A stretch of 64,000 nt of DNA from Candidatus Iainarchaeum sp. (GTDB lineage: Archaea; Iainarchaeota; Iainarchaeia; Iainarchaeales; DTGL01): the NCBI GenBank assembly GCA_026413945.1, contig JAOAJX010000003.1:64001-128000 (forward strand). The letters run 5' to 3'. A program made the translations under genes and the position numbers. Below are positions 20,032-30,245 of the stretch, one piece after another; within the stretch, counting starts at the first letter, position 1, and the number at the start of each line of letters is the position of its first letter. The notes below the pieces were generated by a model. The model made no database searches. It saw only the letters and a program-made list of their open reading frames with translations, and had not been told where the DNA came from.

Positions 20032-20730
20032 CTAAAAAATTTTCTTAACTTTTTTATTAACTAGTTTAACACCTTTTATTTCAAGTTTCCCATGGTCTTT
20101 ATAAAAGTTTTTCTCAGAATCTGTGATTTCAATTCGTTTCTTGAAAAGTGGCGCATCAAGCACAGTCGTCTCAAATTCGCCACCTTCACCACATATATTG
20201 ATGCCATATGTTTTTTCAAGTCCTTCAAGCTCTTTGATAAGTGCATAATCAATCCTTCTCCCTAGCCATGATGCATCCAAAGGATATGCACTTACCCCAA
20301 TAATTATTGTCTCAAATTTTCTTTCAACCACTTCTTGCAAAATCTTTTGCTGCGGCATGCCCCATAAAGGATTAAATGTTTTTAATTTTAGTTCATTACA
20401 AATGCTTTGAATTCTTTTGGCTTGGTAGTTCGATGCAATTGCACCACTAACAACGACACCAATTCCAAATTTTTCTTTTGCATCTGAAATAAGCGCTTTT
20501 AAATCTTGGAGCTCATCGTCTTTTTTGCCACTTGTGTGCTTCACTATTTGTGGCATCTCCAATGCTTTGGCTTGTATTTTTGTCATCTCTATGTTTGGAG
20601 TGTGAAACATATAGCTGTAAGGGTTTTTTGATATTGCTGTAAGAAGACATATATTGCTATATACTTCTTTTGCAATATGAAGCGCAAGACAAGAATCCTT
20701 GCCCCCCGAAAAAAGAACTCCGGCCCACAT
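20032..20730 (-). CDS. Diphthine--ammonia ligase (Dph6)
   Basis: LFSGGKDS, SYMFH, GAIAS.YQ, GEGGEFET.VLDAPLF. Confidence 0.92.
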   Translation of the reverse strand: MWAGVLFSGGKDSCLALHIAKEVYSNICLLTAISKNPYSYMFHTPNIEMTKIQAKALEMPQIVKHTSGKKDDELQDLKALISDAKEKFGIGVVVSGAIASNYQAKRIQSICNELKLKTFNPLWGMPQQKILQEVVERKFETIIIGVSAYPLDASWLGRRIDYALIKELEGLEKTYGINICGEGGEFETTVLDAPLFKKRIEITDSEKNFYKDHGKLEIKGVKLVNKKVKKIF

Positions 20731-20734
20731 GTTT

Positions 20735-21763
20735 TTACCCAAACCAAGAATCCAAACGAGCCTGAGAGCCGCCCTTACATTGAAGTTTTTGTAGTTTCTC
20801 AATTGCCTTCAATACACGCTCTTCAGAAAAATTCCTTTCATTGCAAAGAAAATTTTTTATTCCCTCACTATCTGGCTCTGAAAATTCTATTGTGAAAGAA
20901 TCACTCTGCTTTGGCTCAAGGAAGATTTCTTCAACTTCCTTGTAATCAAAATCAATATCTTTGCCCAAATTTTTTAATATTTCTTCAAATGACGGGTATT
21001 TTTTGACAAGCTCAAGCGCTCTTTTTGGGCCTATGCCTTCAATCTTTTGATTAAAGTCAGTACCTATCATTATCGCAACCCAAACAAGTTTTCTTCTGTC
21101 AATTGAAAGGCACCTCAGTGTTTCTTCAAGGGATATTAGCTCAGGCACTACATCAATATAGACATCCCTGCCTGGCAATTTTCTTTTCCCGCTTATAGTT
21201 AAATTGCGAACAAGCAAAGGCGCTCCAAAGAGAAGCGCGTCGTAGTCTTGGCTTGCACAGGCATAGATCTTTTTGTTTGCAGCCATTAATGCAGCTTGTG
21301 CTTCACCCTCGCTTGGTGCTTGTACTATGGGTAGCCCCATAAGTTGCAGAAGCTCTTTTGATTCTTCAATCATTTCTTTGTTAAGCCTCACTGCCTGCTT
21401 AGCATATTTTTTTGCATCTTCAATTAAGCCATCTTTAAGCGCTTCTTTAAATTTCTCTTCAGCGTCTGTTCTTATGCGGTTTCTTTCCTCGCGCGTTCTT
21501 TCTTTAAGCTTACTTGGTTCGCCATCAAAAATGAACACAGGCCTTATCTCGTTTTCTACGAGGTTTGCCGTTCTGTATAAGAGGCCACTCAAGTGACTCG
21601 TAACTCTGCCTTTGGAGTCTGTAAGCAGTGATCCATCAGCTCCACGAATGTTTGAAAGGAATTGATACAGGGTATTGAATGCGTCTATACCTATTGTCCT
21701 GCCCTTCAAAAAGCTGAGGCTTATTTCTTTTTTAACAACCAAATTTCCAAGGTCTACGCCCAT
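20735..21763 (-). CDS. fen: Flap endonuclease 1
   Basis: MGVDL, IDAFN.LYQFL, APSEGEAQAA, SQDYD.LLFG, GTDFN, C-terminal PIP box QARLDSWF. Confidence 0.97.
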   Translation of the reverse strand: MGVDLGNLVVKKEISLSFLKGRTIGIDAFNTLYQFLSNIRGADGSLLTDSKGRVTSHLSGLLYRTANLVENEIRPVFIFDGEPSKLKERTREERNRIRTDAEEKFKEALKDGLIEDAKKYAKQAVRLNKEMIEESKELLQLMGLPIVQAPSEGEAQAALMAANKKIYACASQDYDALLFGAPLLVRNLTISGKRKLPGRDVYIDVVPELISLEETLRCLSIDRRKLVWVAIMIGTDFNQKIEGIGPKRALELVKKYPSFEEILKNLGKDIDFDYKEVEEIFLEPKQSDSFTIEFSEPDSEGIKNFLCNERNFSEERVLKAIEKLQKLQCKGGSQARLDSWFG

Positions 21764-21801
21764 ATATAGATACTTTAACAGTTAAATTGTTAAAAGAGTT
21801 T

Positions 21802-22572
21802 TTATTTAATCTCTTTTTGTTGGTCCAAGCCCAATATTTCAACAACCCTTCTTTTTCTTCTTGAGAACCTGTAAAGCCCATTTTTGGGTGAAGGTTTTGA
21901 TTCGAGGTAGCGATCTCTTATTTTGCTAAAAAGCTCAGCATGCGGTGTTTCAAAAAAGTAAAGTTCATTTCCCGAAGCAAAAATAGGCCTTGCACTTGCA
22001 AGTATTTCATCAACTATTGCCTCAAACCACAGCTTTCCAAGCGCTTGGTTTACTTTTCTCATATCTACGCCTTTTATTCCCTGGACAAATTCGATATAAT
22101 ATCTATTTAAGACGTGGTTGAATTTGAAATTAAATAAGCAAAATTCGCCAATGCCTTTTACGCTCGCCATATAAACCCCATTTAAAATATGGCCATCAGG
22201 CATAACATATTGTAGCTTAAAGTGAACATCAAATTTTTTTTCGGGCTTAGGGTTAAATATATTGAATATAGTTTCAACAGTTGCAACAAACACCCTTGGT
22301 TTTACTCGCCTGTAAGCAACGAAATCAGGAAGGCTATTGCTAATGTATCCCATTATATGTCCTCGGTCTATCTCAGAAAATGTAGTGGTCTTTTCTATTA
22401 TTCTGCTAAGTTTTCTGTATAGGTATATCTTCTCAGTAAGCCGTAAATTTGGCAATAAGAATATGTCGTGCCTAAGCTTACCTTTGATTTTTCTTCTAAT
22501 ATTGTCTGCAATTGCACTCGGTGGCTTTGGCTTAGTTTTTGGTCTTATTACAAGCCGCATTTTTCGAAACAT
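21802..22572 (-). CDS. Hypothetical basic protein (weak VirK/YbjX-like IEFVQG motif)
   Basis: 256-aa ORF filling the gap between genes; K/R/P-rich N-terminus. Confidence 0.6.
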   Translation of the reverse strand: MFRKMRLVIRPKTKPKPPSAIADNIRRKIKGKLRHDIFLLPNLRLTEKIYLYRKLSRIIEKTTTFSEIDRGHIMGYISNSLPDFVAYRRVKPRVFVATVETIFNIFNPKPEKKFDVHFKLQYVMPDGHILNGVYMASVKGIGEFCLFNFKFNHVLNRYYIEFVQGIKGVDMRKVNQALGKLWFEAIVDEILASARPIFASGNELYFFETPHAELFSKIRDRYLESKPSPKNGLYRFSRRKRRVVEILGLDQQKEIK

Positions 22573-22693
22573 GCTTCTCGTGATAATATTTTCAGCTTTG
22601 TGGAATAAAATTGTTTACTCAATTTTTTCTGAGGGCGATTTTTTTCCAAAACAAATATTTTTAAACATATAGCAAACATATATAAACTTTAGA

Positions 22694-23158
22694 ATGGACA
22701 TAATTATCACGGCTGCGACTGGCACTGGCAATACTGAACTCAGTGCTTTTGACAATGCTCTTTGGAATGCTGGAGTAGCTAATTATAACTTAATTAAGCT
22801 CAGCTCGATAATACCTCCAGCTTCCAGAATAATACTCAAGAAGCCAGATATCAATCCAGAAGAATACGGCCGTAGGCTTTATGTTGTCATGAGTGAGCAG
22901 AGAGCAAGAAAGAAAGGACAGGTTGCATGTGCGGGTGTTGGTTGGTATATTCTTGAAGACGGCCGCGGCGTGTTTGTTGAGCATCATGGCACTTCAATTA
23001 AAAAAGTTGAAAGCGAAATTAAAAAATCTCTTCAAGATCTTGCAAACCAGAGAGGCATAAAAGATGTTCAATTCAATATGAAGATTTCTAGTGCGAAATG
23101 CACATCAAAGCCTGTATGCGCGATTGTATGCGCAATTTACAAGAGCGAACCTTGGTGA
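22694..23158 (+). CDS. pdaD: Pyruvoyl-dependent arginine decarboxylase
   Basis: L.AFD.AL..AGV.NYNL.KLSSIIP with the SS self-cleavage site. Confidence 0.9.
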   Translation: MDIIITAATGTGNTELSAFDNALWNAGVANYNLIKLSSIIPPASRIILKKPDINPEEYGRRLYVVMSEQRARKKGQVACAGVGWYILEDGRGVFVEHHGTSIKKVESEIKKSLQDLANQRGIKDVQFNMKISSAKCTSKPVCAIVCAIYKSEPW

Positions 23159-23253
23159 AAGGATAAGTTTTCCCGTTTCTGATAACATATGTATATATAT
23201 ATCGTTTCTTTATTATAGATATCTTTGGATATTGTTTAGGAGGTGTTAAGTTT

Positions 23254-23526
23254 ATGGACTATAAGATTCCATTATTGTTAGTTGTTGTCTGCATTTTTTC
23301 TTTTGTGGCTGGGATATTATTAGCAAAATATATCTTACCAGAGGCAACACCGGGCCAAAGTGGAGGTTTTATCACATGTAAATCACAGCAGTTGTGCACT
23401 TTAGAAGGGAGCGATATGCAAGCATACGGTTGCAGAAAAGTTTCTGATACGCCTTGCGGAATGGCCTACATGGCTGGTTATAAGAATGCAGTACACGCTT
23501 ACTGCTATGATTGTTCTCCTAAATAA
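23254..23526 (+). CDS. Small membrane-anchored Cys-rich protein
   Basis: SD GGAGGTG; N-terminal TM; six Cys in the soluble part. Confidence 0.65.
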   Translation: MDYKIPLLLVVVCIFSFVAGILLAKYILPEATPGQSGGFITCKSQQLCTLEGSDMQAYGCRKVSDTPCGMAYMAGYKNAVHAYCYDCSPK

Positions 23527-23791
23527 ACCACAAACTATTAAACATTAATTTTATTTTACTATTTTATCTGCTCACTTTTTCAAAAACGTAAGTTTTAAGC
23601 CGAACTTTTACCGTTTTTTTTAAATATTTCAGTTCACACATCGTGGCGCGACTGCTATGACGAATCAAAATATGGGCTAAGCTGCAGATGTGTTTCTGGT
23701 AAGTGCCAATGGGCGCAGTAAATTTTGTGACATTTTTTGAATAAAGCTTAAAAGCGCAACATATAAAAAAACAATTTCTTTTTATCCATTT

Positions 23792-24169
23792 ATGCTGTGC
23801 GAGGTCTGCGGCAAGAGCTCCCAAAAACTTTTGAGGACTGAAATCGAGGGTGCAGAGCTTATGGTTTGCCAAGAATGCTCTGCACTTGGCAAAATAATCA
23901 GAGAACCAAAAGAAAATTTTATGCAACCAATATTTAAAAAAACAACTAATCCGCCAAAAATTCAAGAACCGCCGCAGGTAATTGAAAATTTTGGTGTGGA
24001 AATTAAAAAGGCAAGAGAGAAGTTAGGACTCACAAGAGAAGAGCTTGCAAAGAAGATTTTTGAAAAGGAGTCCTTGTTAGTGCGAATTGAAAATACCAAT
24101 TTTGAGCCAGAGGAAAAAGTCATAAGAAAACTTGAAAAGGTGTTAGGCATAAAGCTTATCGAACAGTGA
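23792..24169 (+). CDS. Archaeal multiprotein bridging factor aMBF1 (TIGR00270)
   Basis: CEVCG...IEGAEL.VC.EC zinc ribbon plus C-terminal HTH IKKAREKLGLT.EELA. Confidence 0.92.
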   Translation: MLCEVCGKSSQKLLRTEIEGAELMVCQECSALGKIIREPKENFMQPIFKKTTNPPKIQEPPQVIENFGVEIKKAREKLGLTREELAKKIFEKESLLVRIENTNFEPEEKVIRKLEKVLGIKLIEQ

Positions 24170-24173
24170 TCAT

Positions 24174-25604
24174 ATGGACTTTTTCGCGGAACCCGCTTCA
24201 CTTTTTGGCATAATTGTCTTAATCGTTCTTTTTGTTTTAGGCTCAACTTATCTTCTAAAGCGTTTCCGCTCTGTTGAGTCGCATATTATTTACTCGCTTT
24301 GGCGCAGTGAAAGATTTGCAAGTGCAATAAAGCGCCTTTATTTCATGGGCCATATCATAGACTTTTTTGCAATTACTGGCGCAATTCTTGGGTTTGGGGT
24401 TTTGGCCTCTGATTTCCTCTTTGCAAAAGAAAGGAAACTTTTTGTGCGTTTGGCCCTGGCAGCAATAGTTTCTCTAATTTTGGCACTTTTCTACTTTTTT
24501 ACTTTTCGTGCTCTTGTACTTGGCACAAATTTTACAAGATCTTACGATGTGATTTTCTTTTTGTTTTTTTCAGTTTTCGGAATGTCGTTTTTTGGTTTTA
24601 TATTGATGCTCGTTAACGGCATACACATTTTGCAAGGCCTTTTTACTGGGTCAACTGTTTGTCCAGGCGTAGCACCACTGATACCCGGCGTAAGGATTCC
24701 AAAAGTACCTGTATTCATTCCTTGGTATGGCTGGATCGCATTGCTAATTGCGATGTTATTGCATGAGTGTGCCCACGGCATACAGGCCCTGAAGTCAAAA
24801 CTAAAGCTAAAAAGCGCAGGTGTTCTTTTAGTTGGACTTTTGCCTTTCGGTGCTTTTGTTGAACCAGACGAAGAGCAACTAAAAAAGGCAGATCCCAAAA
24901 TGCGCATAAAGATATATTGTGCAGGCCCATCCGCAAATCTATTTTCAGTACCTTTCTTTCTAATAATCGCACTCCTATTTAACACCTATTTTGTAACGCC
25001 CATTTATGAAAAATATCAAAAATCATACCTTGAAAATGTCCAGAGCGTTGAAGTCAGCAATGTTTTTGAAACAATCCCTTATTGCAATTCCCCAAAAAGC
25101 CCTGCTCATGGTATATTGGAGCCAGGTATGCAAATTGTAGCTATTGATGGCAATAGAATAAAAAACCGCCTTGAGCTTTACAGCATCCTTAGTTCAGAGC
25201 GCTTTAAAGAACGTGCTTTCACAATTATTGATAAAAACAAAGAAGCCGTTGTTGTCCTTAAACCAAATCAAGAGCTGCCTCTCAATCCCCCAGAAAACTT
25301 TGGCTTTACTGTTAAAGACATCTTGAAGGAAAATGCAAAGATAGATTCTGATGCAAGGCAGGCGCTTATGAACTTATCCATCATAGAAAACTTCCTTTGG
25401 CTTTGCTTCCTGCTTTCTTTCCTTGTTATGCTTTTTAATTTCTTGCCAATAGTGCCTCTCGATGGTGGCTATGTTGCAAGTGACCTTTACTCCCATTATT
25501 TTTTCGGTGAAATAAATGAAAAAAATAGAAAAATAGTAGCCGATGTGTTACTTGCAGCATTCTTTATAATTGCGCTTTTGAATATACTGCCATTCTTTGT
25601 ATGA
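24174..25604 (+). CDS. Site-2 protease (M50) with PDZ-like domain
   Basis: HECAHG, GAFVEPDE, AGPSAN, NFLPIVPLDGG. Confidence 0.92.
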   Translation: MDFFAEPASLFGIIVLIVLFVLGSTYLLKRFRSVESHIIYSLWRSERFASAIKRLYFMGHIIDFFAITGAILGFGVLASDFLFAKERKLFVRLALAAIVSLILALFYFFTFRALVLGTNFTRSYDVIFFLFFSVFGMSFFGFILMLVNGIHILQGLFTGSTVCPGVAPLIPGVRIPKVPVFIPWYGWIALLIAMLLHECAHGIQALKSKLKLKSAGVLLVGLLPFGAFVEPDEEQLKKADPKMRIKIYCAGPSANLFSVPFFLIIALLFNTYFVTPIYEKYQKSYLENVQSVEVSNVFETIPYCNSPKSPAHGILEPGMQIVAIDGNRIKNRLELYSILSSERFKERAFTIIDKNKEAVVVLKPNQELPLNPPENFGFTVKDILKENAKIDSDARQALMNLSIIENFLWLCFLLSFLVMLFNFLPIVPLDGGYVASDLYSHYFFGEINEKNRKIVADVLLAAFFIIALLNILPFFV

Positions 25605-25666
25605 ATCTAAAAGAAAAAAAGAAAAGTAAACAAGAAAAGTAAAAAAAATAAAAAAAAAGATTAGAT

Positions 25667-26740
25667 TTAGGGTATAAAGTCAAGCCCTAAATCCTTGCTC
25701 GAGCCATATGCACTTGCTGCTTTCATTGACTTCGCTGCGCCCTTAATGTATGGTGATGTAACGCCTGTGAAGATCCCAATGACCTCGAGCTTGTTCTCAA
25801 ATGTTGGATCAACCCTTGCACCCCATATTACCTGTGCTTTGGGGTCTATGCGCTCTGTAAGCATTTCACCAACAGCATTTGCTTCACCAAGTGTCAGTTC
25901 AGGGCCACCTGTAATGTGTATGAGAGCGCCTGTAGCACCTTCTATGTTTACATCTAAAAGGGCATTCTTAAGAGTGTCTTCCACAACTTCGTTAACCCTG
26001 TCAACTGACTTTGATTCACCAACAGCTATCATGCTAAGGCCCTTATTGCTCATAACTGCGCGAACATCCGCATAGTCCAGGTTTATGAGTGATGGCTGCG
26101 TTATTGTTTCAGTTATTCCTCTTACAGCTCTTGCTATGACTTCATCAGCAACCCTAAATGCATCTTGTATTGGCAAGTTTGGAACAAGCTCAACAAGGCG
26201 GTTGTTGTCAATTACAATTACAGTATCTGCAGTTTCCTGCAATCTTGCAATGCCGCCCTCTGCTTTTTCCAATCTTGCTTTTTCAAGTGCAAATGGATAT
26301 GTAACCATTGCTATTACGATTGCGCCTTGCTCTTTTGCTATTTCAGCCACTATTGGTGCACTTCCAGTACCTGTACCTCCGCCCATACCAGCAGTAACGA
26401 AGAGCAGATCAACACCACTAAGAACCTCTTCTAAAGTACTCCTTGATACCTCTGCTGCCTTTGCTCCTATCTCTGGGTAGCCACCAGCACCTAAGCCACG
26501 AGTGACGCTCTTACCTATAAGAATCTTAGTAAGCTCGTCATTCATTAAAGAAAGGTGCTGTTTATCTGTATTAACTGCAACAAGCTTTGCACCAACTATT
26601 CCCATGCTTGCAAGCCTGTTTACAGTGTTACAGCCACCACCTCCAGTACCAACAACCATAATTTTGGGCGTGCCAAATTCTTCTAATGTATCTTCTTCAA
26701 CCTTTGCTTTATCAACAGCATTTTCTATGATGCTTTTCAT
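25667..26740 (-). CDS. ftsZ: Cell division protein FtsZ
   Basis: [23 protein letters not shown]; SD GAGGTG before ATG 26740. Confidence 0.98.
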   Translation of the reverse strand: MKSIIENAVDKAKVEEDTLEEFGTPKIMVVGTGGGGCNTVNRLASMGIVGAKLVAVNTDKQHLSLMNDELTKILIGKSVTRGLGAGGYPEIGAKAAEVSRSTLEEVLSGVDLLFVTAGMGGGTGTGSAPIVAEIAKEQGAIVIAMVTYPFALEKARLEKAEGGIARLQETADTVIVIDNNRLVELVPNLPIQDAFRVADEVIARAVRGITETITQPSLINLDYADVRAVMSNKGLSMIAVGESKSVDRVNEVVEDTLKNALLDVNIEGATGALIHITGGPELTLGEANAVGEMLTERIDPKAQVIWGARVDPTFENKLEVIGIFTGVTSPYIKGAAKSMKAASAYGSSKDLGLDFIP

Positions 26741-27272
26741 ACACCTCACCTCAATTTTTTAAAAAAGTTTAATTTGTATAATATATTGGCTGAACTCCTT
26801 TAAATAGCTTTTGTTTTTAAAAATAAAGATAATTAACATTTTGTTAGCGAATGACATTTCTGTTAAGATAAAATTGAACGAAATGCCAATTAATAGTTAT
26901 TTAATCGAACCTAATGTTAAAATTGAGGTTCTGTTTCTAATAAACTTTTTCGCTATTTTAAAAAACTTTGTAATTTAACCAAGAATTGATCTTAAAATTA
27001 AGTAAAAAATGTTTAAAATTTTCTTATTGATGTTTTGTGGCATTAAAAAACTTAAGTATTAATTAAAAGCTATTTAAATTCTCAATTAATTATCAATAAA
27101 ATACATCCTAAACTCATTGCTAACAAGAGTTAGAATGCTGATTATGTATAAGATATGCTTTACGAACTTTTGGATATAGTTGTTTTATAGCACATTTATT
27201 GACTGACATCTATGTAAACATTATAAAATATTTTCCTATAAATTTGCTTAATAGTTGATTGTTGCCCCAATT

Positions 27273-27344
27273 GTCCAAGTAGCTCAGTGGTAGAGCAACC
27301 GGCTGTTAACCGGTAGGTCGGAGGTTCGAATCCTCCCTTGGACG
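27273..27344 (+). tRNA. tRNA-Asn(GTT)
   Basis: GTCCAAG..CTTGGAC-G, anticodon arm ACCGG-CTGTTAA-CCGGT, T arm GGAGG-TTCGAAT-CCTCC. Confidence 0.97.
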
Positions 27345-27397
27345 CTATCTTTACTTCTTCTTATGGGTTTAAAACACATTTTTACTTTAATCTACGA

Positions 27398-28024
27398 ATG
27401 AATCAAAGCGGTTTTGTACCAATAGGGAGTAGCGCAAAAGTAAAGACCTTTCCAGGAATTACAATTTTATTGATTGTAATCAATATTGTGGTTTTCTTTC
27501 TACTACCAGACGATACTGCAATTTATTTTGCGTTTATACCAGAATATCCAACATTAGTAACCCTTTTTACCCACATTTTTCTTCATGCTGACATATTCCA
27601 TCTTTTTGGCAATATGCTTTTTCTTTGGATCTTTGGCAAAGCCGTGGAAAGCGCTTTAGGCGGAAGGAATTTTTTAATAATTTACTTTTCAGCAGGTCTT
27701 GCTGCAGTTCTTGCGCATTCTCTACTCACAACGGTCCCAAGTATTCCTATCGTTGGAGCGTCTGGCGCAATTTCAGGCATCTTGGGAGCTTACTTGCTGC
27801 TATATCCAAAATCAAAGGTCAGAGTTTACCTCGGCTTTTTTATAAGCACTGACATGCCAGCAATATTTTACGCTTTCGTTTGGTTTGCAATACAGATTTA
27901 CTTTGGTCTTATTAGTCTTCATCAGGATTTGGGCGTTGCATTCTTTGCACATATTGGCGGATTCATCGCGGGCATGATCATGCTTCCAATGCTGCTACCG
28001 AGAAAGCAGACCCAAAGAATTTGA
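27398..28024 (+). CDS. Rhomboid intramembrane serine protease
   Basis: FLHA...HL.GNM, VGASGAISG, AHIGGF; start moved to ATG 27398, downstream of the tRNA. Confidence 0.93.
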   Translation: MNQSGFVPIGSSAKVKTFPGITILLIVINIVVFFLLPDDTAIYFAFIPEYPTLVTLFTHIFLHADIFHLFGNMLFLWIFGKAVESALGGRNFLIIYFSAGLAAVLAHSLLTTVPSIPIVGASGAISGILGAYLLLYPKSKVRVYLGFFISTDMPAIFYAFVWFAIQIYFGLISLHQDLGVAFFAHIGGFIAGMIMLPMLLPRKQTQRI

Positions 28025-28055
28025 TTTTTTATTCTTTTGCAATACTTTTCATATT

Positions 28056-28790
28056 ATGGTTCTCGTTTGGATACTTGTTGCAACTGCACTTAACAGCTTT
28101 TTAGCATTAATCGGCGGCATATCTCTGCTTATAAAAAAAGCACATTTTGAAAAATTGATCTTTGTAATGATATCTTTTTCCGCAGGTGCTTTGCTAAGTG
28201 GCGCATTTTTACATCTTATTCCAGAAGCGCTTGAATCAATTGAAAAGGACCTGCTTTTTATTATTGTGTTTGTGGGCTTTTGCAGCTTTTTTCTTATAGA
28301 GAGGTTTTTACACTGGCATCACTGCCACGAAGGTCATTGTAAAGTCCATCCCATAAGCTGGCTAATCACAATTGGCGATACAATACATAACTTTGTTGAT
28401 GGCACAATTATAACTGCAAGCTTTTTGGTAAGTATACCTTTTGGGTTTTTAACAACAGCTTTGATAATTGCACATGAGTTACCTCAAGAACTAGGCGATT
28501 TTGCAATACTTGTTCACAGCGGAGTTAAAAAAAGAAGAGCACTTCTAATGAATTTTATTTCCCAAACAGCATGCATCTTTGGTGCATTATTATCTTACTT
28601 TTTACTGATAAGCAATGACCTAACTGTTTTTCTATTGCCTTTTGCTGCAGGCGGATTCATATACATTTCAGCTTCTGATCTAATTCCAGAGCTACATAGG
28701 GAAGCAAGCCTAAAGAAGAGCCTGGCTTCATTCATAATTTTCATAGCGGGAGTTCTTTTTATATTTTCACTTAAGCTTCTCTTTGGGTGA
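28056..28790 (+). CDS. ZIP family metal transporter
   Basis: HWHHCH loop, HNFVDG, HELPQELGDF. Confidence 0.93.
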   Translation: MVLVWILVATALNSFLALIGGISLLIKKAHFEKLIFVMISFSAGALLSGAFLHLIPEALESIEKDLLFIIVFVGFCSFFLIERFLHWHHCHEGHCKVHPISWLITIGDTIHNFVDGTIITASFLVSIPFGFLTTALIIAHELPQELGDFAILVHSGVKKRRALLMNFISQTACIFGALLSYFLLISNDLTVFLLPFAAGGFIYISASDLIPELHREASLKKSLASFIIFIAGVLFIFSLKLLFG

Positions 28791-30128
28791 TTTGCCTTTA
28801 CTTTTTATTCCTTCTGCAGAAATAATTCCTGTAACTGCGGCATACACAATTCCCCTAGAAAAACCACTTGCATCACCTGCAACATAAAGGTTTGAAACAT
28901 TCGTTTCCAAGAATTCGTTAGTAATATACTTCGTGTCATAAAATTTTATCTCTGGCGCGTAAACTAAAGTTGCATCTGATGCTATGCCAGGCATCACAAA
29001 GTCAAGCTTTTGTATTGCTTCTATTATATTTTGTACAACCCTCCTAGGTAATGCCATTGCAATATCCCCGGGCGTTACTTCCTTAAGAGTTGGTTCTATG
29101 GGTGCTTTTCCTATGCGTTCCCATGTGCTCCTACGGCCTTTTCTGAGGTCTTTGTAGCGCTGGATTATTGGCTTATTGCCACCTATCGTTGATGCTAACC
29201 TTGCTATGCTTCTGCCATATTCAGTAGTATCCTCGACAGGGTCAGTTAAAATAATTCTATTGAGCAAGGCCATGTTGGTATTTTTTGATTTCTTCTCTTT
29301 TTCAGCATGGCCATTCACAAGCACAAAACCGTCAAATTGCTCAGTTGTTACAAAACCCCTTGGGTTTGTACAAAAACTCCTGACCATATCATCATAGGTC
29401 TCAGTGTAGAGGCGAAATTTTGCATCATACATTATGCGCTCGATGTTTTCATATATCTCAGCAGGAAACTCGATTCTGACGCCAACATCAATGGGGCCAT
29501 ATTTTGTTTTTACGCCTAGCTCATGTAAAGTTTCTCTTAACCAATATGCCTTGCTTCTTCCAGGTGCACATATTAAGCTATTGCATTTGATGTTGCCTTC
29601 AGTCGTATCAATTTCAAATAAGCCTTCGCTTTTTTTTATCTTTTTTGCCTCGGTATCTAAAATGAATTCAATGCCCTCTTTCTTTAATTCCCTATAAAAC
29701 TTATCAATAATTCTTGGCAGTTTATCTGTGCCCACATGCTTCTGCTTCCCAGCAACGAATTCTATACCTGCACTTTCAGCTTTCTTCTTAAGCTCTTGCA
29801 GTTCATTGCCATTTGTCCCCGAGAATTCTTTTGGCGCACCATAGCTTACTAATATTGAGTCGACTTCATCAATAAACATTTGCAGCTCTGCTGCAGATCT
29901 TTTTAGCTCTTCAGGGCTTCCGCCTATCTCATAAGTTAGGTTTAATTTTCCATCAGAATAAGTGCCCGCACCGCCGATTCCAAATATAGCATCCTTTGGA
30001 TTTTCAGATGGTTTTCTATCAAGCGGCTCTTTTCCCATCTCTATAACAACTACGCTTTTAGCCCCAACTAATTTTTTTGCTGCAAAAAGACCAGCAGGTC
30101 CAGCACCTATGATTGCAACATCATACAT
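28767..30128 (-). CDS. FAD-dependent oxidoreductase (COG2509-like)
   Basis: IIGAGPAG, GGAGTYSDGKL, FCTNP.G.V, YAPEIKFY, AGD..G.SRG. Confidence 0.88.
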   Translation of the reverse strand: MYDVAIIGAGPAGLFAAKKLVGAKSVVVIEMGKEPLDRKPSENPKDAIFGIGGAGTYSDGKLNLTYEIGGSPEELKRSAAELQMFIDEVDSILVSYGAPKEFSGTNGNELQELKKKAESAGIEFVAGKQKHVGTDKLPRIIDKFYRELKKEGIEFILDTEAKKIKKSEGLFEIDTTEGNIKCNSLICAPGRSKAYWLRETLHELGVKTKYGPIDVGVRIEFPAEIYENIERIMYDAKFRLYTETYDDMVRSFCTNPRGFVTTEQFDGFVLVNGHAEKEKKSKNTNMALLNRIILTDPVEDTTEYGRSIARLASTIGGNKPIIQRYKDLRKGRRSTWERIGKAPIEPTLKEVTPGDIAMALPRRVVQNIIEAIQKLDFVMPGIASDATLVYAPEIKFYDTKYITNEFLETNVSNLYVAGDASGFSRGIVYAAVTGIISAEGIKSKGKSPKEKLK

Positions 30129-30245
30129 TAAGATTTCCCTTTTATGTTTTATCCAAAAAGGTTTTAATTGGTTATCATCACAAGCAAAACAGCAATGCTT
30201 TTGAAAATGCAGTGATATTTTAAAATTAAAAGCATTAATATCTTT

